The position numbers were made by a program, and so were the translations under genes. From positions 1,478 to 65,477 of the forward strand of contig JBJMII010000102.1 in the NCBI GenBank assembly GCA_045806925.1: DNA of 64,000 nucleotides, given 5' to 3'. This DNA is from Mycobacteriales bacterium (GTDB taxonomy: Bacteria; Actinomycetota; Actinomycetes; Mycobacteriales; CADCTP01). Each line of letters starts with the position of its first letter. The stretch's first letter is position 1. The notes below the pieces were generated by a model. That model was not told the origin of the DNA and did not search any database. It was given only the letters and a program-made list of their open reading frames with translations. Of the stretch, positions 7,840-17,416 are shown one piece after another.

Positions 7840-10155
7840 ATGACGAAGGTCAGGCGCACGGTAACCGTCGCCGCGGTCGCCCTGATGGTGGGTTCGCTGG
7901 CCGGTGGCGGGGTGCTCGCCGCCGGCCAGTCCAGCGACGAGGCGGCGCTCGCTGCCACCCGGCTCGCACCGAGCCAGGCGGTGGAGCAGCGGGTCTCGGC
8001 GCTGCTGGACCGGATGACCGTCGAGGAGAAGCTCCAGCAGGTCCAGCTGCTGGCCGACTGGCAGGCCACCGACGCGGAGGCCAGGGCCGGGGTGGGCGGC
8101 GTCTTCAGCCTGGTGGACCCGGTCCGGATCAACCAGCTGCAGCACATCGCCGTCGAGCAGTCCCGGCTGCACATCCCGATCCTGTTCGCCTTCGACACCA
8201 TCCACGGCTACCGGACGGTCTTCCCGGTGCCGCTCGGCGCGGCCAGCTCGTTCGACCCGTCGGTGGCCCAGACCGACGCCGTCATCGGCGCGCGGGAGTC
8301 CGCGACCGTGGGTATCAAGCAGGTCTACAGCCCGATGGTGGACGTCTCGCACGAGCCGCGCTGGGGTCGGATCGCCGAGGCCGCCGGGGAGGACCCGTAC
8401 CTGGGCTCCGTCCTCGCCGCCGCGCGGGTGAAGGGCGACCAGGGCAGCAGCTATGCCGCAGCGGACAAGGTGGTGGCGAGCGTCAAGCACTACGCCGCGT
8501 ACGGGCAGCCCGAGGGCGGCCGCGACTACAACACCACCGACATGTCCGAGCAGCGGCTGCGCAACCTCTACCTGCCGCCGTACAAGGCCGCCGTGGACGC
8601 CGGCGCGGACACCGCGATGTGCTCCTTCAACGCGGTCAACGGCGTGCCCGGCTGCGCGAACGCGCACCTGGAGACCGGCATCCTCAAGCAGGAGTGGGGT
8701 TTCGACGGCTTCATCGAGAGCGACTACACGGCGGTCGCCGAGCTGCGGGCGTGCCCGCCCGTCCAGCCGAACGACGGCCCGTGCGGGCACGGCGTCGCGG
8801 CGGACGGCCCGTCGGCCGGCGCGCTGGCGCTCAACGCCGGCACCGACTCGGAGATGGTCAGCACGAACATCCGCGACTTCGGCAGGCAGCTGCTCGCCGA
8901 CGGCCGGATCCCGACGTCCCGGTTGGACGACGCGGTGCGGCGGATCCTGCGGGTCAAGTTCCGCGCCGGCCTCTTCGACCACCCGTACGTCGACGTGGCC
9001 AAGGCGCAGGACCCGGCCAGCTTCGTCACCCCGGCCGACCGGGCCGCCGCCCGGAAGGCCGCCGGCAGGTCCACGGTCCTGCTGAAGAACGGCGGCGCCG
9101 TGCTCCCACTCGACCCCGCCCGCAGGACCGCCGTGATCGGGCCGCTCGGGGACGACCAGCACGACATGCTCGGCCCGTGGTGGGGGCAGGGCCGGGACGC
9201 CGACGCGGTCAGCCTCTACACCGGGATCAAGGCTCAGTCGCCCTCGGCGACCTTCACCCAGGGGTGCACCCGGCGCAACCTGGAGCCGCCGGAGGCCCGG
9301 GACGACGACGCGTGCAGCGGGCTCGACGTCGCCGCGGTCACGGCGGCGTCGAACGCGGCCGACCAGGTCGTGCTCGCGCTCGGCGAGACCCGGGAGATGA
9401 GCGGCGAGGCGGCCGCCCGGACCACGATCGACCTGCCCGGCCAGCAGCAGGCGCTGATCGACGCGGTCAAGGCGACCGGCAAGCCGTTCGCGGTGGTGCT
9501 GTTCAACGGCCGCCCGCTGACGCTAGCCCCGGTGGCCGCGTCGTCGCCGGCGATCCTGGAGGCCTGGTTCCCCGGCGTCGAGGCCGGCAACGCGGTCGCC
9601 GACGTGGTCTTCGGGAAGGTCAACCCGGGCGGCAAGCTGCCGGTCTCGTTCCCGCGGGTGATCGGCCAGGTGCCGGTCTACTACAACCACGAGCCGACCG
9701 GCCGCCCGTGCGACGTGGCCCAGAAGTGGAACTCGCGCTACCGCGACCTCGCCGCGTGCGACCCGCTCTACGGCTTCGGGTACGGGCTGAGCTACACCAC
9801 CTTCTCCGTCTCGAACCTCCGGCTGGACCGGACCCGCGTCGGCCCGAACGGGCGGGTCACCGCGTCGGTGGACGTCACCAACACCGGGACCCGCGCCGGT
9901 GACGAGGTCGTGCAGCTCTACCTGCACGACCCGGTCGCCAGCATTTCCCAGCCGGTGCGCCGGCTGCGTGGCTTCGAGCGGGTGACGCTGACGCCGGGAG
10001 CCACCCGGACGGTCAGCTTCACCCTGGACCGGAGCGACTTCGGGTTCTACGACAACAGCGGTGGCTTCGTGGTCGAGCCGGGCCGGATCGACCTCTACGC
10101 CGGCAACTCCTCGACGGCCACGCTGGCCACCTCGTTCACCGTCACCGGCGGCTGA
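7840..10155 (+). CDS. bglX: Secreted glycoside hydrolase family 3 beta-glucosidase (BglX-like)
   Basis: ATG 7840 is preceded by GAGGAG. The N-terminus MTKVRRTVTVAAVALMVGSLAGG looks like a signal peptide. Typical GH3 blocks are present (KHYAAYG, GFDGFIESDY, the FGYGLSYTTF region). 771 aa. Confidence 0.85.
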   Translation: MTKVRRTVTVAAVALMVGSLAGGGVLAAGQSSDEAALAATRLAPSQAVEQRVSALLDRMTVEEKLQQVQLLADWQATDAEARAGVGGVFSLVDPVRINQLQHIAVEQSRLHIPILFAFDTIHGYRTVFPVPLGAASSFDPSVAQTDAVIGARESATVGIKQVYSPMVDVSHEPRWGRIAEAAGEDPYLGSVLAAARVKGDQGSSYAAADKVVASVKHYAAYGQPEGGRDYNTTDMSEQRLRNLYLPPYKAAVDAGADTAMCSFNAVNGVPGCANAHLETGILKQEWGFDGFIESDYTAVAELRACPPVQPNDGPCGHGVAADGPSAGALALNAGTDSEMVSTNIRDFGRQLLADGRIPTSRLDDAVRRILRVKFRAGLFDHPYVDVAKAQDPASFVTPADRAAARKAAGRSTVLLKNGGAVLPLDPARRTAVIGPLGDDQHDMLGPWWGQGRDADAVSLYTGIKAQSPSATFTQGCTRRNLEPPEARDDDACSGLDVAAVTAASNAADQVVLALGETREMSGEAAARTTIDLPGQQQALIDAVKATGKPFAVVLFNGRPLTLAPVAASSPAILEAWFPGVEAGNAVADVVFGKVNPGGKLPVSFPRVIGQVPVYYNHEPTGRPCDVAQKWNSRYRDLAACDPLYGFGYGLSYTTFSVSNLRLDRTRVGPNGRVTASVDVTNTGTRAGDEVVQLYLHDPVASISQPVRRLRGFERVTLTPGATRTVSFTLDRSDFGFYDNSGGFVVEPGRIDLYAGNSSTATLATSFTVTGG

Positions 10156-10161
10156 GCCGAG

Positions 10162-10190
10162 CAGGGGGCGGGCGCCGCGCCCGCCCCCTG
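10162..10190. terminator. Perfect 13-bp stem / 3-nt loop GC hairpin just after the GH3 stop (factor-independent-type, no U tract)
   Basis: cagggggcgggcg (10162-10174), ccg, cgcccgccccctg (10178-10190). The arms are exact reverse complements. Confidence 0.6.
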
Positions 10191-10212
10191 ACCCGGGCCA
10201 GGAGTGCAGGCC

Positions 10213-10336
10213 CTAGCTCTCGGTGGTCTTCTTCAGCCCGGGCCAGGCCCTTCTCGAAGTCCGGGCCGACCATGCCGTCCATCGACTTGAACAGGCCCAT
10301 CACCCGGGTGAGCAGCGTCTTCTTCCCGCGCGGCAG
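10213..10336 (-). pseudogene. Possible 3' remnant of an SRPBCC-family gene
   Basis: The minus strand reads ...RGKKTLLTRVMGLFKSMDGMVGPDFEKGLAR. With a 1-nt shift in the cccggg run it continues LKKTTES*. This resembles the ...DFEKGLANLK...E C-terminal endings of SRPBCC proteins as I recall them. There is no room for the other ~110 codons because dinB starts at 10460. Confidence 0.3.
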
Positions 10337-10431
10337 CCTAGCCCCCCTCGGCAGCAGGGGACCTCGGTGCCGCTGCGCTGTGGCGGGTCGCCGCGGCGGT
10401 CCCGGGGTGTCGGGTCCGCAGGCGTCGTGAC

Positions 10432-10445
10432 CGAACACGTGTTCG
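10432..10445 (+). promoter_or_regulatory. LexA/SOS-box-like perfect palindrome CGAACacgtGTTCG, upstream of dinB
   Basis: cCGAACACGTGTTCGa at 10431-10446 matches the actinobacterial TCGAAC-N4-GTTCGA box at 15 of 16 positions. A TAAGGT -10-like hexamer at 10448-10453 lies 6 nt before GTG 10460, which would suit a leaderless transcript. Confidence 0.6.
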
Positions 10446-10459
10446 AGTAAGGTTGGCCC

Positions 10460-11716
10460 GTGTCCGGCGGGCCGACAATCCTGCACGCCGACCTGGACGC
10501 CTTCTACGCGTCGGTCGAGCAGCTGCTGGACCCGGCGCTGCGCGGACGGCCGATCGCGGTCGGCGGCAGCGAGCGGGGTGGGGTCGTCCTCGCGGCCTCG
10601 TACGAGGCGAAGGTCTTCGGCGTGCACGGCGGCATGGCCGGCTGGCAGGCGCGGCGGCTCTGCCCGGGGCTGACCTTCGTGCGCGGCCACTTCGGGCGCT
10701 ACCAGGAGCTCGCCGACCACGTGATGGACATCCTGCACGGTGTCACGCCGGCGGTGGAGCGGATCTCCATCGACGAGGCGTTCCTCGACGTGTCCGGCTC
10801 GACCCACCTGTTCGGCCCGCCGGCCCGGATCGGCGCGCTGCTGCGCCGCCGGGTCCGGCACGAGGTGGGCCTGCCGATCTCGGTCGGCGCCGCCCGGACC
10901 AAGCACCTGGCCAAGGTCGCGTCCCAGGTGGCCAAGCCGGACAGCCTGATCGTGGTCGAGCCGGAGGCCGAGCGGCAGTTCCTCGACCCGCTGCCGGTCG
11001 GGCTGATGTGGGGCGTCGGCCCGGTGGCCGAGCAGCGGCTGGCCGAGCGGGGGATCCGGACCATCGGCGAGCTCGCCCGGACGCCGTCGCGGGCACTGGA
11101 GGGCCTGCTCGGGCACGCTGTCGGCGCGAAGCTCGCCGCGCTGGCGCTGAACGAGGACCCCCGCCGCATCGTGACCTCGGACCGGGCCAGGTCCGTCGGC
11201 GCCCAGTCCGCGCTGGGCCGCCGCAGCCCCACCCCGGAGCTGGCCCGCGAGGTGCTCGGTCACCTGGCGGACCGGGTGGCCAGCCGGCTGCGGGCGAAGG
11301 ACCGGGCCGGGCGGACCGTCACGGTACGGGTGCGCTTCGCCGGGATGCGGTCGGTGACCCGGTCGCTCACCCTGCCGGCGCCGATCGCCACCACGCTGAC
11401 CCTCACCGAGGTCGCCGAGCAGCTGGCCTGGCAGGCGATCGCGGACCAGGACGACCCGTCGGTGCAGATCAGCCTGCTCGCCATCTCGGTGTCCAACCTG
11501 GCGGCGCAGCACGTCATCCAGCTGGAGCTGCCGGTGCCGCCGGACGACCCGCGCCGGCCGGGCTCGGCGCAGGGCGCCGCCCGGTGGGCGGTGGACCGGT
11601 CCATGGACGCGGTGCGGGTGAAGTTCGGCCGGGACGCCGTCGGCTACCTGCCGGAGCGGACCCGGTCCGCCGGCGTGCCGGACGAGTTCCGCGAGCTCGC
11701 CGAGCGCGACCTTTAG
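10460..11716 (+). CDS. dinB: DNA polymerase IV (Y-family translesion polymerase)
   Basis: ILHADLDAFYASVE, SIDEAFLDV and GVGPV...L...GI.TIGEL blocks are typical of the DinB/UmuC family. 418 aa. Confidence 0.9.
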   Translation: MSGGPTILHADLDAFYASVEQLLDPALRGRPIAVGGSERGGVVLAASYEAKVFGVHGGMAGWQARRLCPGLTFVRGHFGRYQELADHVMDILHGVTPAVERISIDEAFLDVSGSTHLFGPPARIGALLRRRVRHEVGLPISVGAARTKHLAKVASQVAKPDSLIVVEPEAERQFLDPLPVGLMWGVGPVAEQRLAERGIRTIGELARTPSRALEGLLGHAVGAKLAALALNEDPRRIVTSDRARSVGAQSALGRRSPTPELAREVLGHLADRVASRLRAKDRAGRTVTVRVRFAGMRSVTRSLTLPAPIATTLTLTEVAEQLAWQAIADQDDPSVQISLLAISVSNLAAQHVIQLELPVPPDDPRRPGSAQGAARWAVDRSMDAVRVKFGRDAVGYLPERTRSAGVPDEFRELAERDL

Positions 11717-11740
11717 GGGTGTCCCGCCCGCGGCACCGGC

Positions 11741-13444
11741 TCAGGGCAGAGCGGCCGCGAACGTGCGGCGCTGTCGCTCCCGCCAGCTGCCCGGCTCGTA
11801 GTAGCGCTCGGTCCAGGTGTCGTCCTCGGTGAGGCGCCCGCCCTTGCTGCCGGCGGCAGGGTCGGCGTCCCGGGCGGCCCAGTCGCGGAACACGAAGTGC
11901 GTGAACAGCCGCTGGTACTCGGTCAGGTAGACGTCCGCGACCCGGCGGGCCGCGCGGTCGCCGGCGTCGGTGCCGTCGGGCCGGACCAGGATCGTGTTCT
12001 CCTCGTTGTCGGTGGTGGAGTTGTCGGAGTAGTTCGCCGACCCGGTCAGGGTGGTCGGGGAGCCGGTGAGCGGGTCGACCATGATGATCTTGGTGTGGAT
12101 GAACTTGACCCAGCTGTTGAAGCCGGTCAGGTGCTCGGCGGCCCACCGGTCGAACGCGACGTGGTGCAGGTAGTCCCCCCAGGACGTGCGGACGTCGGCA
12201 TCGACCTGAGGGATGCCCTGGCCCGGGTCGGGCGGCTGGTCGAGGAGCACGGTGCGGACCACGTCACGGTCGACGCCGAGCTTGTCCCGGAAGACCTTGT
12301 TGATACCGAAGGCGCCGGTGATGTGGGCGCTGGAGGTGGCGCTGTCGAAGATGCCGGCGTACCAGTCCAGCAGCCTGCTCCGGGTCGCCCGCGGCGACAG
12401 CACGGTGGTGAGGCCGGCCGGCGGCGCGGCCGCGGTGTCGACCGGGTTGTGGGCCTCGTCCCAGGTCCGCATCCGGGCCGTGGTGTTCTGCTGGTCGGCG
12501 AGCTGGGTCCAGTAGTCCAGGAAGCTGGCGGCGACGGCCGGGTCGGTGGTCTGGTGGCCCACGTTGAGGTGGCCGAACACCCCGCCCTGGGTGAGGTTGG
12601 TCGACCCGGTCCACACCGCGACCGGGTCGCCGCCCCGGGTCAGCACGAGGAACTTGTTGTGCTGCAGGGCGCCCCTGTTGGCCGCCGTCCGCCAGGTCAC
12701 CAGGCCGTCGAGGCCGGCGGCGCCGACCGCCGCGCGGTTGTCCTCGGCGGTGGTGTCCTTGTCCTTCCCGCCGGCCGGGTCCTTGTCCCGGCCGTGCACG
12801 ACCAGCGAGACGTCCGCGCCGGCGGCCGCGGCGCCGGCCAGCGCCCGCAGCCCGGTCTGCCAGGTGAACTCGTAGAACGCGCCGCGCAGCCCCCAACCCG
12901 GCCCGGTGGCGCGCTGCACGAACCGGACGAACGCCTCGCCCAGGCCACGCGACAGCCAACCGAACGCCGGATGGTCCTCGCCGGCGCCGGCCGGCGGCGT
13001 GAACTGGCCGAACCGCTTGACGAACGCCTGCGAGCCGGCGACGCCCCGGTTGAACCAGATGCCGTGCCGGCCGTCGTCCTCGGCCTCGCACCGGACGTCC
13101 ACAGTGGTCTCGGCCAGCGGGACCAGCGCACCCGGGGCGCCGCCCCAGGCGACCACCCGGTAGCGGTAGTCGTGCTCCGGCTTGGCCGTGTAGTCGCCCC
13201 ACTGGAAGCCCTGCACCGGGTGGTCGCGCAGCGAGAAGTCCATCCCCGGCCCGGGCTGCGGCACGACGCTCGCGAACACCTTCAGCCCGCGCAGCCAGTA
13301 CGCCTCGTTCTCGGTGCGGTCGGTCCGGTGGATCCCGAACCCCAGGCATCCCGCGGGCGCCGCCAGGTCCCAGCCCAGCAGCACCGTGTGGGTGCCCGCG
13401 GTCACCCGCACCGAGAGGCCGTCGTTGGCTTCGAATGCCCTCAC
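11741..13444 (-). CDS. Phospholipase D-like (HKD superfamily) protein with an N-terminal beta-rich domain
   Basis: Two HKD-type motifs: ALQHNKFLVL...GSTNLT and FIHTKIIMVD...GSANYS. Start GTG 13444 (VRAFEANDG) is preceded by a G-rich stretch. The long upstream in-frame extension in the ORF track lies antisense to kup and is rejected. Confidence 0.7.
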   Translation of the reverse strand: MRAFEANDGLSVRVTAGTHTVLLGWDLAAPAGCLGFGIHRTDRTENEAYWLRGLKVFASVVPQPGPGMDFSLRDHPVQGFQWGDYTAKPEHDYRYRVVAWGGAPGALVPLAETTVDVRCEAEDDGRHGIWFNRGVAGSQAFVKRFGQFTPPAGAGEDHPAFGWLSRGLGEAFVRFVQRATGPGWGLRGAFYEFTWQTGLRALAGAAAAGADVSLVVHGRDKDPAGGKDKDTTAEDNRAAVGAAGLDGLVTWRTAANRGALQHNKFLVLTRGGDPVAVWTGSTNLTQGGVFGHLNVGHQTTDPAVAASFLDYWTQLADQQNTTARMRTWDEAHNPVDTAAAPPAGLTTVLSPRATRSRLLDWYAGIFDSATSSAHITGAFGINKVFRDKLGVDRDVVRTVLLDQPPDPGQGIPQVDADVRTSWGDYLHHVAFDRWAAEHLTGFNSWVKFIHTKIIMVDPLTGSPTTLTGSANYSDNSTTDNEENTILVRPDGTDAGDRAARRVADVYLTEYQRLFTHFVFRDWAARDADPAAGSKGGRLTEDDTWTERYYEPGSWRERQRRTFAAALP

Positions 13445-13548
13445 CGCGCACCCCCCGGGACGCCGACAGTCGATCACACCATAGCCACCCGGAGCCGGAC
13501 CCGGTGGGCGTTCGGCGACGTCCGACAGCTGTCCGACGTCGAAGGGCG

Positions 13549-15537
13549 TCAGATGTCGACGGTGCTGCCCATCACCACCGTGCGGTCCCGCGGCAGGGTG
13601 AAACGCTCGGCCGGGTCGGCGGCGTTGTGGGCCATGCCGATGAACAGGGCCTTGCGCCAGCGGCTCATCCCGGGTGCGTCGGTACGCCGCAGCGAGCCGC
13701 GGGAGACGAAGTAGGACGTGCGGTCGAGGTCGATGTCGCCCTCGATCTCCTCGGAGCGGGCGGCCTGGGCCAGCGCCGACGGGATGTCGGGGGTGTCGTA
13801 GAAGCCGTGCCGGACGGTGAGGTGGACGATGCCGTCGTTGGCATAGCCGAGGTCGTCGACGGTCAGCTGCTGGTCCGCCGGCACGTGCGGCACGCTGCGT
13901 CCCTGCAGCGAGACGATCACCACGTGCTCGTGCAGGACGTGGTTGTGCTGGACGTTCGCCCGCAGCGCCAGCGGGGTGGTGTCCTTGCCCGGGTGCGGGA
14001 AGACCCCGGTGCCGGGCACCCGCGGCAGCCGCTGCCCGCGGACGTCGTCGATGAAGTCGCCCAGCGGGCCCTCGATCTTCCTCCGCCGCTCCAGCACGAT
14101 CTCCCGGCCCCGCCGCCACGTCGTCATCAGCAGGAAGACCAGCGACGCGATCAGCAGCGGCAGCCAGGCGCCGTGCGCGATCTTGGTCAGGTTCGCGGAG
14201 AAGAACAGCAGCTCGGTGCCGCCGAAGGCGACCCCGGCGAGGGCGAGCTGCCACCCCGCCCAGTGCCACATCGCCCGCGCCACCACCAGCAGCAGGATCG
14301 TGTCCACCAGCAGGGCACCGGTGACCGCGATCCCGTACGCGGTGGCGAGCCGGGCCGAGGACCGGAAGCTGAGGATGAGCACGAGCACGCCGGCGAACAG
14401 CGCCCAGTTCACCGCCGGCAGGTAGACCTGGCCCTCCTCGTGCTCGGAGGTCTGCCGGACCCGCAGCGGCGGCAGCAGTCCCAGCTGGGCCGCCTGCCGG
14501 GACACCGAGAAGGCGCCGGAGATGACCGCCTGGGACGCGATGACGGTGGCGGCGGTGGCGAGCACCACCATCGGGATGCGGGCCCACCCTGGCAGCAGCA
14601 GGAAGAACGGGCTGGCGACCGAGCCGGGGCTGTGCAGGATCAGCGAGCCCTGGCCCAGGTAGTTCAGCGTCAGCGCCGGGAAGACCACGGCGAACCAGGC
14701 CCGCCGGATCGGCGGCCGGCCGAAGTGGCCCATGTCGGCGTACAGCGCCTCCGCCCCGGTGATGCACAGCACGACCGCGCCCAGCGCGATGAACGCCACG
14801 TACGGGTGGGAGAAGACGAAGGCGACCGCGTACGTCGGCGACAGCGCCCGCAGCACTCCCGGGTCGGGTACGAGCTGGCGCAGCCCGGCCAGCGCGAGCG
14901 CCGCGAACCAGGCGAGCATCACCGGACCGAACAGCGACCCGATCCGGCTGGTGCCCCAGCGCTGGCCCGCGAACAGCACGGCGAGGATGGTCACCGCGAC
15001 CGGGACGACCAGGTGCTCCAGGCCCGGCGCGGCGACCTTGAGACCCTCCACCGCGGACAGCACCGAGATGGCCGGGGTGATCATCGAGTCCCCGTAGAAC
15101 AGCGACGCGCCGACCACCGCGAGCAGGATGGCCGAGGTGCTGGCCCGCGGGGTGTGGCGCAGCGCCCGCCGGGCGAGCGCGGCCAGCGCCATCACGCCGC
15201 CCTCGCCGGAGTTGTCCGCCCGCATGACGATGCTGACGTACTTGACCGAGACGATCAGGGTCACCGACCAGAAGACCAGGGAGAGCACGCCGTAGACGTC
15301 GCCCGGGGTCGGCTGGACCTTGTTGTGGTCGAGGGAGAAGACCGTCTGCAGCGCGTACAGCGGGCTGGTCCCGATGTCGCCGAAGACGACCCCGAGCGCG
15401 GCCAGCAGCAGCGCCGCGCCGGCCCGGTGCGCCGGCGCCGCTGTCCGTTCGGCGGACTCCGTCGGGGGCGGCGGCGTGGCGGTGGACACCAGGGTGTCTT
15501 CCCCGCCTCGGCGGCGGGCGACACGGCCCCGGCTCAC
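13549..15537 (-). CDS. kup: KUP/HAK/KT family potassium uptake transporter
   Basis: [16 protein letters not shown] plus a polytopic membrane profile. 662 aa. GTG 15537 overlaps the TetR stop (GTGA). Confidence 0.9.
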   Translation of the reverse strand: MSRGRVARRRGGEDTLVSTATPPPPTESAERTAAPAHRAGAALLLAALGVVFGDIGTSPLYALQTVFSLDHNKVQPTPGDVYGVLSLVFWSVTLIVSVKYVSIVMRADNSGEGGVMALAALARRALRHTPRASTSAILLAVVGASLFYGDSMITPAISVLSAVEGLKVAAPGLEHLVVPVAVTILAVLFAGQRWGTSRIGSLFGPVMLAWFAALALAGLRQLVPDPGVLRALSPTYAVAFVFSHPYVAFIALGAVVLCITGAEALYADMGHFGRPPIRRAWFAVVFPALTLNYLGQGSLILHSPGSVASPFFLLLPGWARIPMVVLATAATVIASQAVISGAFSVSRQAAQLGLLPPLRVRQTSEHEEGQVYLPAVNWALFAGVLVLILSFRSSARLATAYGIAVTGALLVDTILLLVVARAMWHWAGWQLALAGVAFGGTELLFFSANLTKIAHGAWLPLLIASLVFLLMTTWRRGREIVLERRRKIEGPLGDFIDDVRGQRLPRVPGTGVFPHPGKDTTPLALRANVQHNHVLHEHVVIVSLQGRSVPHVPADQQLTVDDLGYANDGIVHLTVRHGFYDTPDIPSALAQAARSEEIEGDIDLDRTSYFVSRGSLRRTDAPGMSRWRKALFIGMAHNAADPAERFTLPRDRTVVMGSTVDI

Positions 15538-16310
15538 GCTTCGCCTGACCCCGGCCGGGGCCGGACGCGCCGATCACCCGGGGTGGGAGGCGCGCCGGTA
15601 GCCGTCCGCCGGCGTCGGCGGCCCGGGACCGGTCCTGCTGGCCCGGGCTGTCCGGCCGCGTCGTGGGCGCGGGCGAGCCCGTCGAGGACGAGGTCGAGGC
15701 CGAAGAGGAACTCCTCGCCGTAGTCGTACCCGGGCTTCAGGGCGTGCTCGGCGATGAGCTCGGCGAGCCGCGGGTACGCCTCGGCCGGCTGGTGCTCGAG
15801 GATCGTCCCGGCCACCTCGACGAGCTCGTCCGTGTTCTGGAAGGGCAGGCTCGCCTCCTGCATGGCGAAGCCGTAGATGTAGCTGTCCAGCAGGGAGAAG
15901 GCGTGCGCGGCCAGCTCGAGGGAGAAGCCGGCTTCGCGGAGGATGCCGAGCACGCCGTCGTGGTGCCGCAGCGTCGCCGGCCCCGGGGAGGCTCGCGACT
16001 CCATCAGGACGGTCGCCCAGGGGTGGCGGCGCAGCGCCTCCCGGGCCGAGACCGCCCGCCGGCGCATGGCGGCCCGCCAGTCGGCCTCGTCGAGCGGCAG
16101 CTCGATCTCGGCGAAGACGGCGTCCACGATGCCGTCCAGGATGGCGTCCTTGCTGGCCACGTGGTGGTAGAGCGACATCGCCTCCACGCCGAGCTCCTGG
16201 GCGAGCTTGCGCATGCTCAGCGACCCGACGCCGCCGCGGTCGGCCAGGGCGACCGCGGCGCGCAGCACCCGCTGCCTGCTCAGCGGGCTCCGGGCCGCCG
16301 GCTCGGCCAT
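15534..16310 (-). CDS. TetR family transcriptional regulator (tetracycline-repressor-like C-terminal domain)
   Basis: N-terminal [40 protein letters not shown] before ATG 16310. Translationally coupled to kup. Confidence 0.85.
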   Translation of the reverse strand: MAEPAARSPLSRQRVLRAAVALADRGGVGSLSMRKLAQELGVEAMSLYHHVASKDAILDGIVDAVFAEIELPLDEADWRAAMRRRAVSAREALRRHPWATVLMESRASPGPATLRHHDGVLGILREAGFSLELAAHAFSLLDSYIYGFAMQEASLPFQNTDELVEVAGTILEHQPAEAYPRLAELIAEHALKPGYDYGEEFLFGLDLVLDGLARAHDAAGQPGPAGPVPGRRRRRTATGAPPTPGDRRVRPRPGSGEA

Positions 16311-16331
16311 GGACGTCCTCCTCTTGACAGC

Positions 16332-16362
16332 CTTACGCTGTATGGTTACCTTACATCGTAAG
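16332..16362. promoter_or_regulatory. 31-bp imperfect palindrome (candidate TetR operator) overlapping a TTGACA-N17-TACCTT promoter for the divergent oxidoreductase gene
   Basis: cttacgctgtatggt-t-accttacatcgtaag; 13 of 15 positions match between the half-sites. TTGACA at 16324-16329 and TACCTT at 16347-16352. Confidence 0.5.
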
Positions 16363-16385
16363 TCTAGTCAGGGAGCGCGGAGGAC

Positions 16386-17351
16386 ATGAAGGCCATCGTG
16401 CACGAGTCGTACGGCGACACCGACGTCATCGAGTTCCGGGACGTCGCCCGGCCGGAGGTCGGCGATCGGGACGTGCTGGTCCGGGTCCGCGCGGCGGGCG
16501 TGGACCGGGGCGTCTGGCACGTGCTGACCGGCCGGCCCTACCTGATCCGGCTCGCCGGCTTCGGGGTCCGCCGGCCCAAGCACCCCGTGCTCGGTACCGA
16601 CGTCTCCGGCGTGGTCGAGGCCGTCGGCGGCGAGGTCACCCGGTTCCGCCCGGGCGACGAGGTGATGGGCGCCGGCACCGGCGCCTACGCCGAGCACACG
16701 GTGGCCCGGGAGGACCGGCTGGTGGCCAAGCCGGCCAACCTCAGCCACCAGCAGGCGGCCGCCGTGCCGGTCTCCGCGGTCACCGCCCTGCAGGCTCTCC
16801 GCGACCAGGGCCGGGTCCGGCCGGGGCAGCGGGTGCTGGTCATCGGCGCGTCCGGCGGCGTGGGGACGTACGCGGTGCAGCTCGGCAAGGCCCTCGGGGC
16901 GGAGGTCACCGGCGTGTGCAGCACCGGCAAGGTGGACCTGGTCCGCTCGCTCGGCGCCGACCACGTCATCGACTACACCCGCGAGGAGCTGGGCGGCGGA
17001 CCGTACGACCTGGTGGTCGACATCGCCGGGAACCGCCCGGTGTCGCTGATGCGGCGCCTGCTGACCCGGCGGGGCACCCTCGTCATCACCGGCGGCGAGG
17101 GCGGCGACCGGTGGACCGGCGGCCTGCACCGGCAGCTCTTCGCGCTCGCGACCTCGGCCTTCTCGCGGCGGCGGATGCCGGTCTTCGTGGCCCGGGTCAA
17201 GGACCCGGACCTGCGGTTCCTCGCCGGGCTCATCGAGGCCGGCAAGGTCACGCCGGCCGTCGACCGGACCTACTCGCTGGACCAGGCCCCGGAGGCCATC
17301 CGCCACCTGCTGGCCGGCCATGCCCGGGGCAAGCTCGTCCTCACGGTCTGA
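16386..17351 (+). CDS. Zinc-type alcohol dehydrogenase / NADPH:quinone oxidoreductase family (MDR) protein
   Basis: GASGGVGTYAVQLGKALGA nucleotide-binding motif. GGAGGA RBS at 16378-16383. 321 aa. Confidence 0.85.
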   Translation: MKAIVHESYGDTDVIEFRDVARPEVGDRDVLVRVRAAGVDRGVWHVLTGRPYLIRLAGFGVRRPKHPVLGTDVSGVVEAVGGEVTRFRPGDEVMGAGTGAYAEHTVAREDRLVAKPANLSHQQAAAVPVSAVTALQALRDQGRVRPGQRVLVIGASGGVGTYAVQLGKALGAEVTGVCSTGKVDLVRSLGADHVIDYTREELGGGPYDLVVDIAGNRPVSLMRRLLTRRGTLVITGGEGGDRWTGGLHRQLFALATSAFSRRRMPVFVARVKDPDLRFLAGLIEAGKVTPAVDRTYSLDQAPEAIRHLLAGHARGKLVLTV

Positions 17352-17416
17352 CCGCTCCGGGCAGGTCCGGCCCGCCACTCCCGCCCCGGGATACGGTCCC
17401 CGGGGAGGGATACGGC

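Noticed and set aside
10142-11512. A 456-aa minus-strand ORF covering dinB.
   Set aside because: It lies antisense to a motif-rich DinB gene. Only its last ~40 codons (10213-10336) look like real former coding sequence (SRPBCC-like remnant), and these are reported separately at low confidence.
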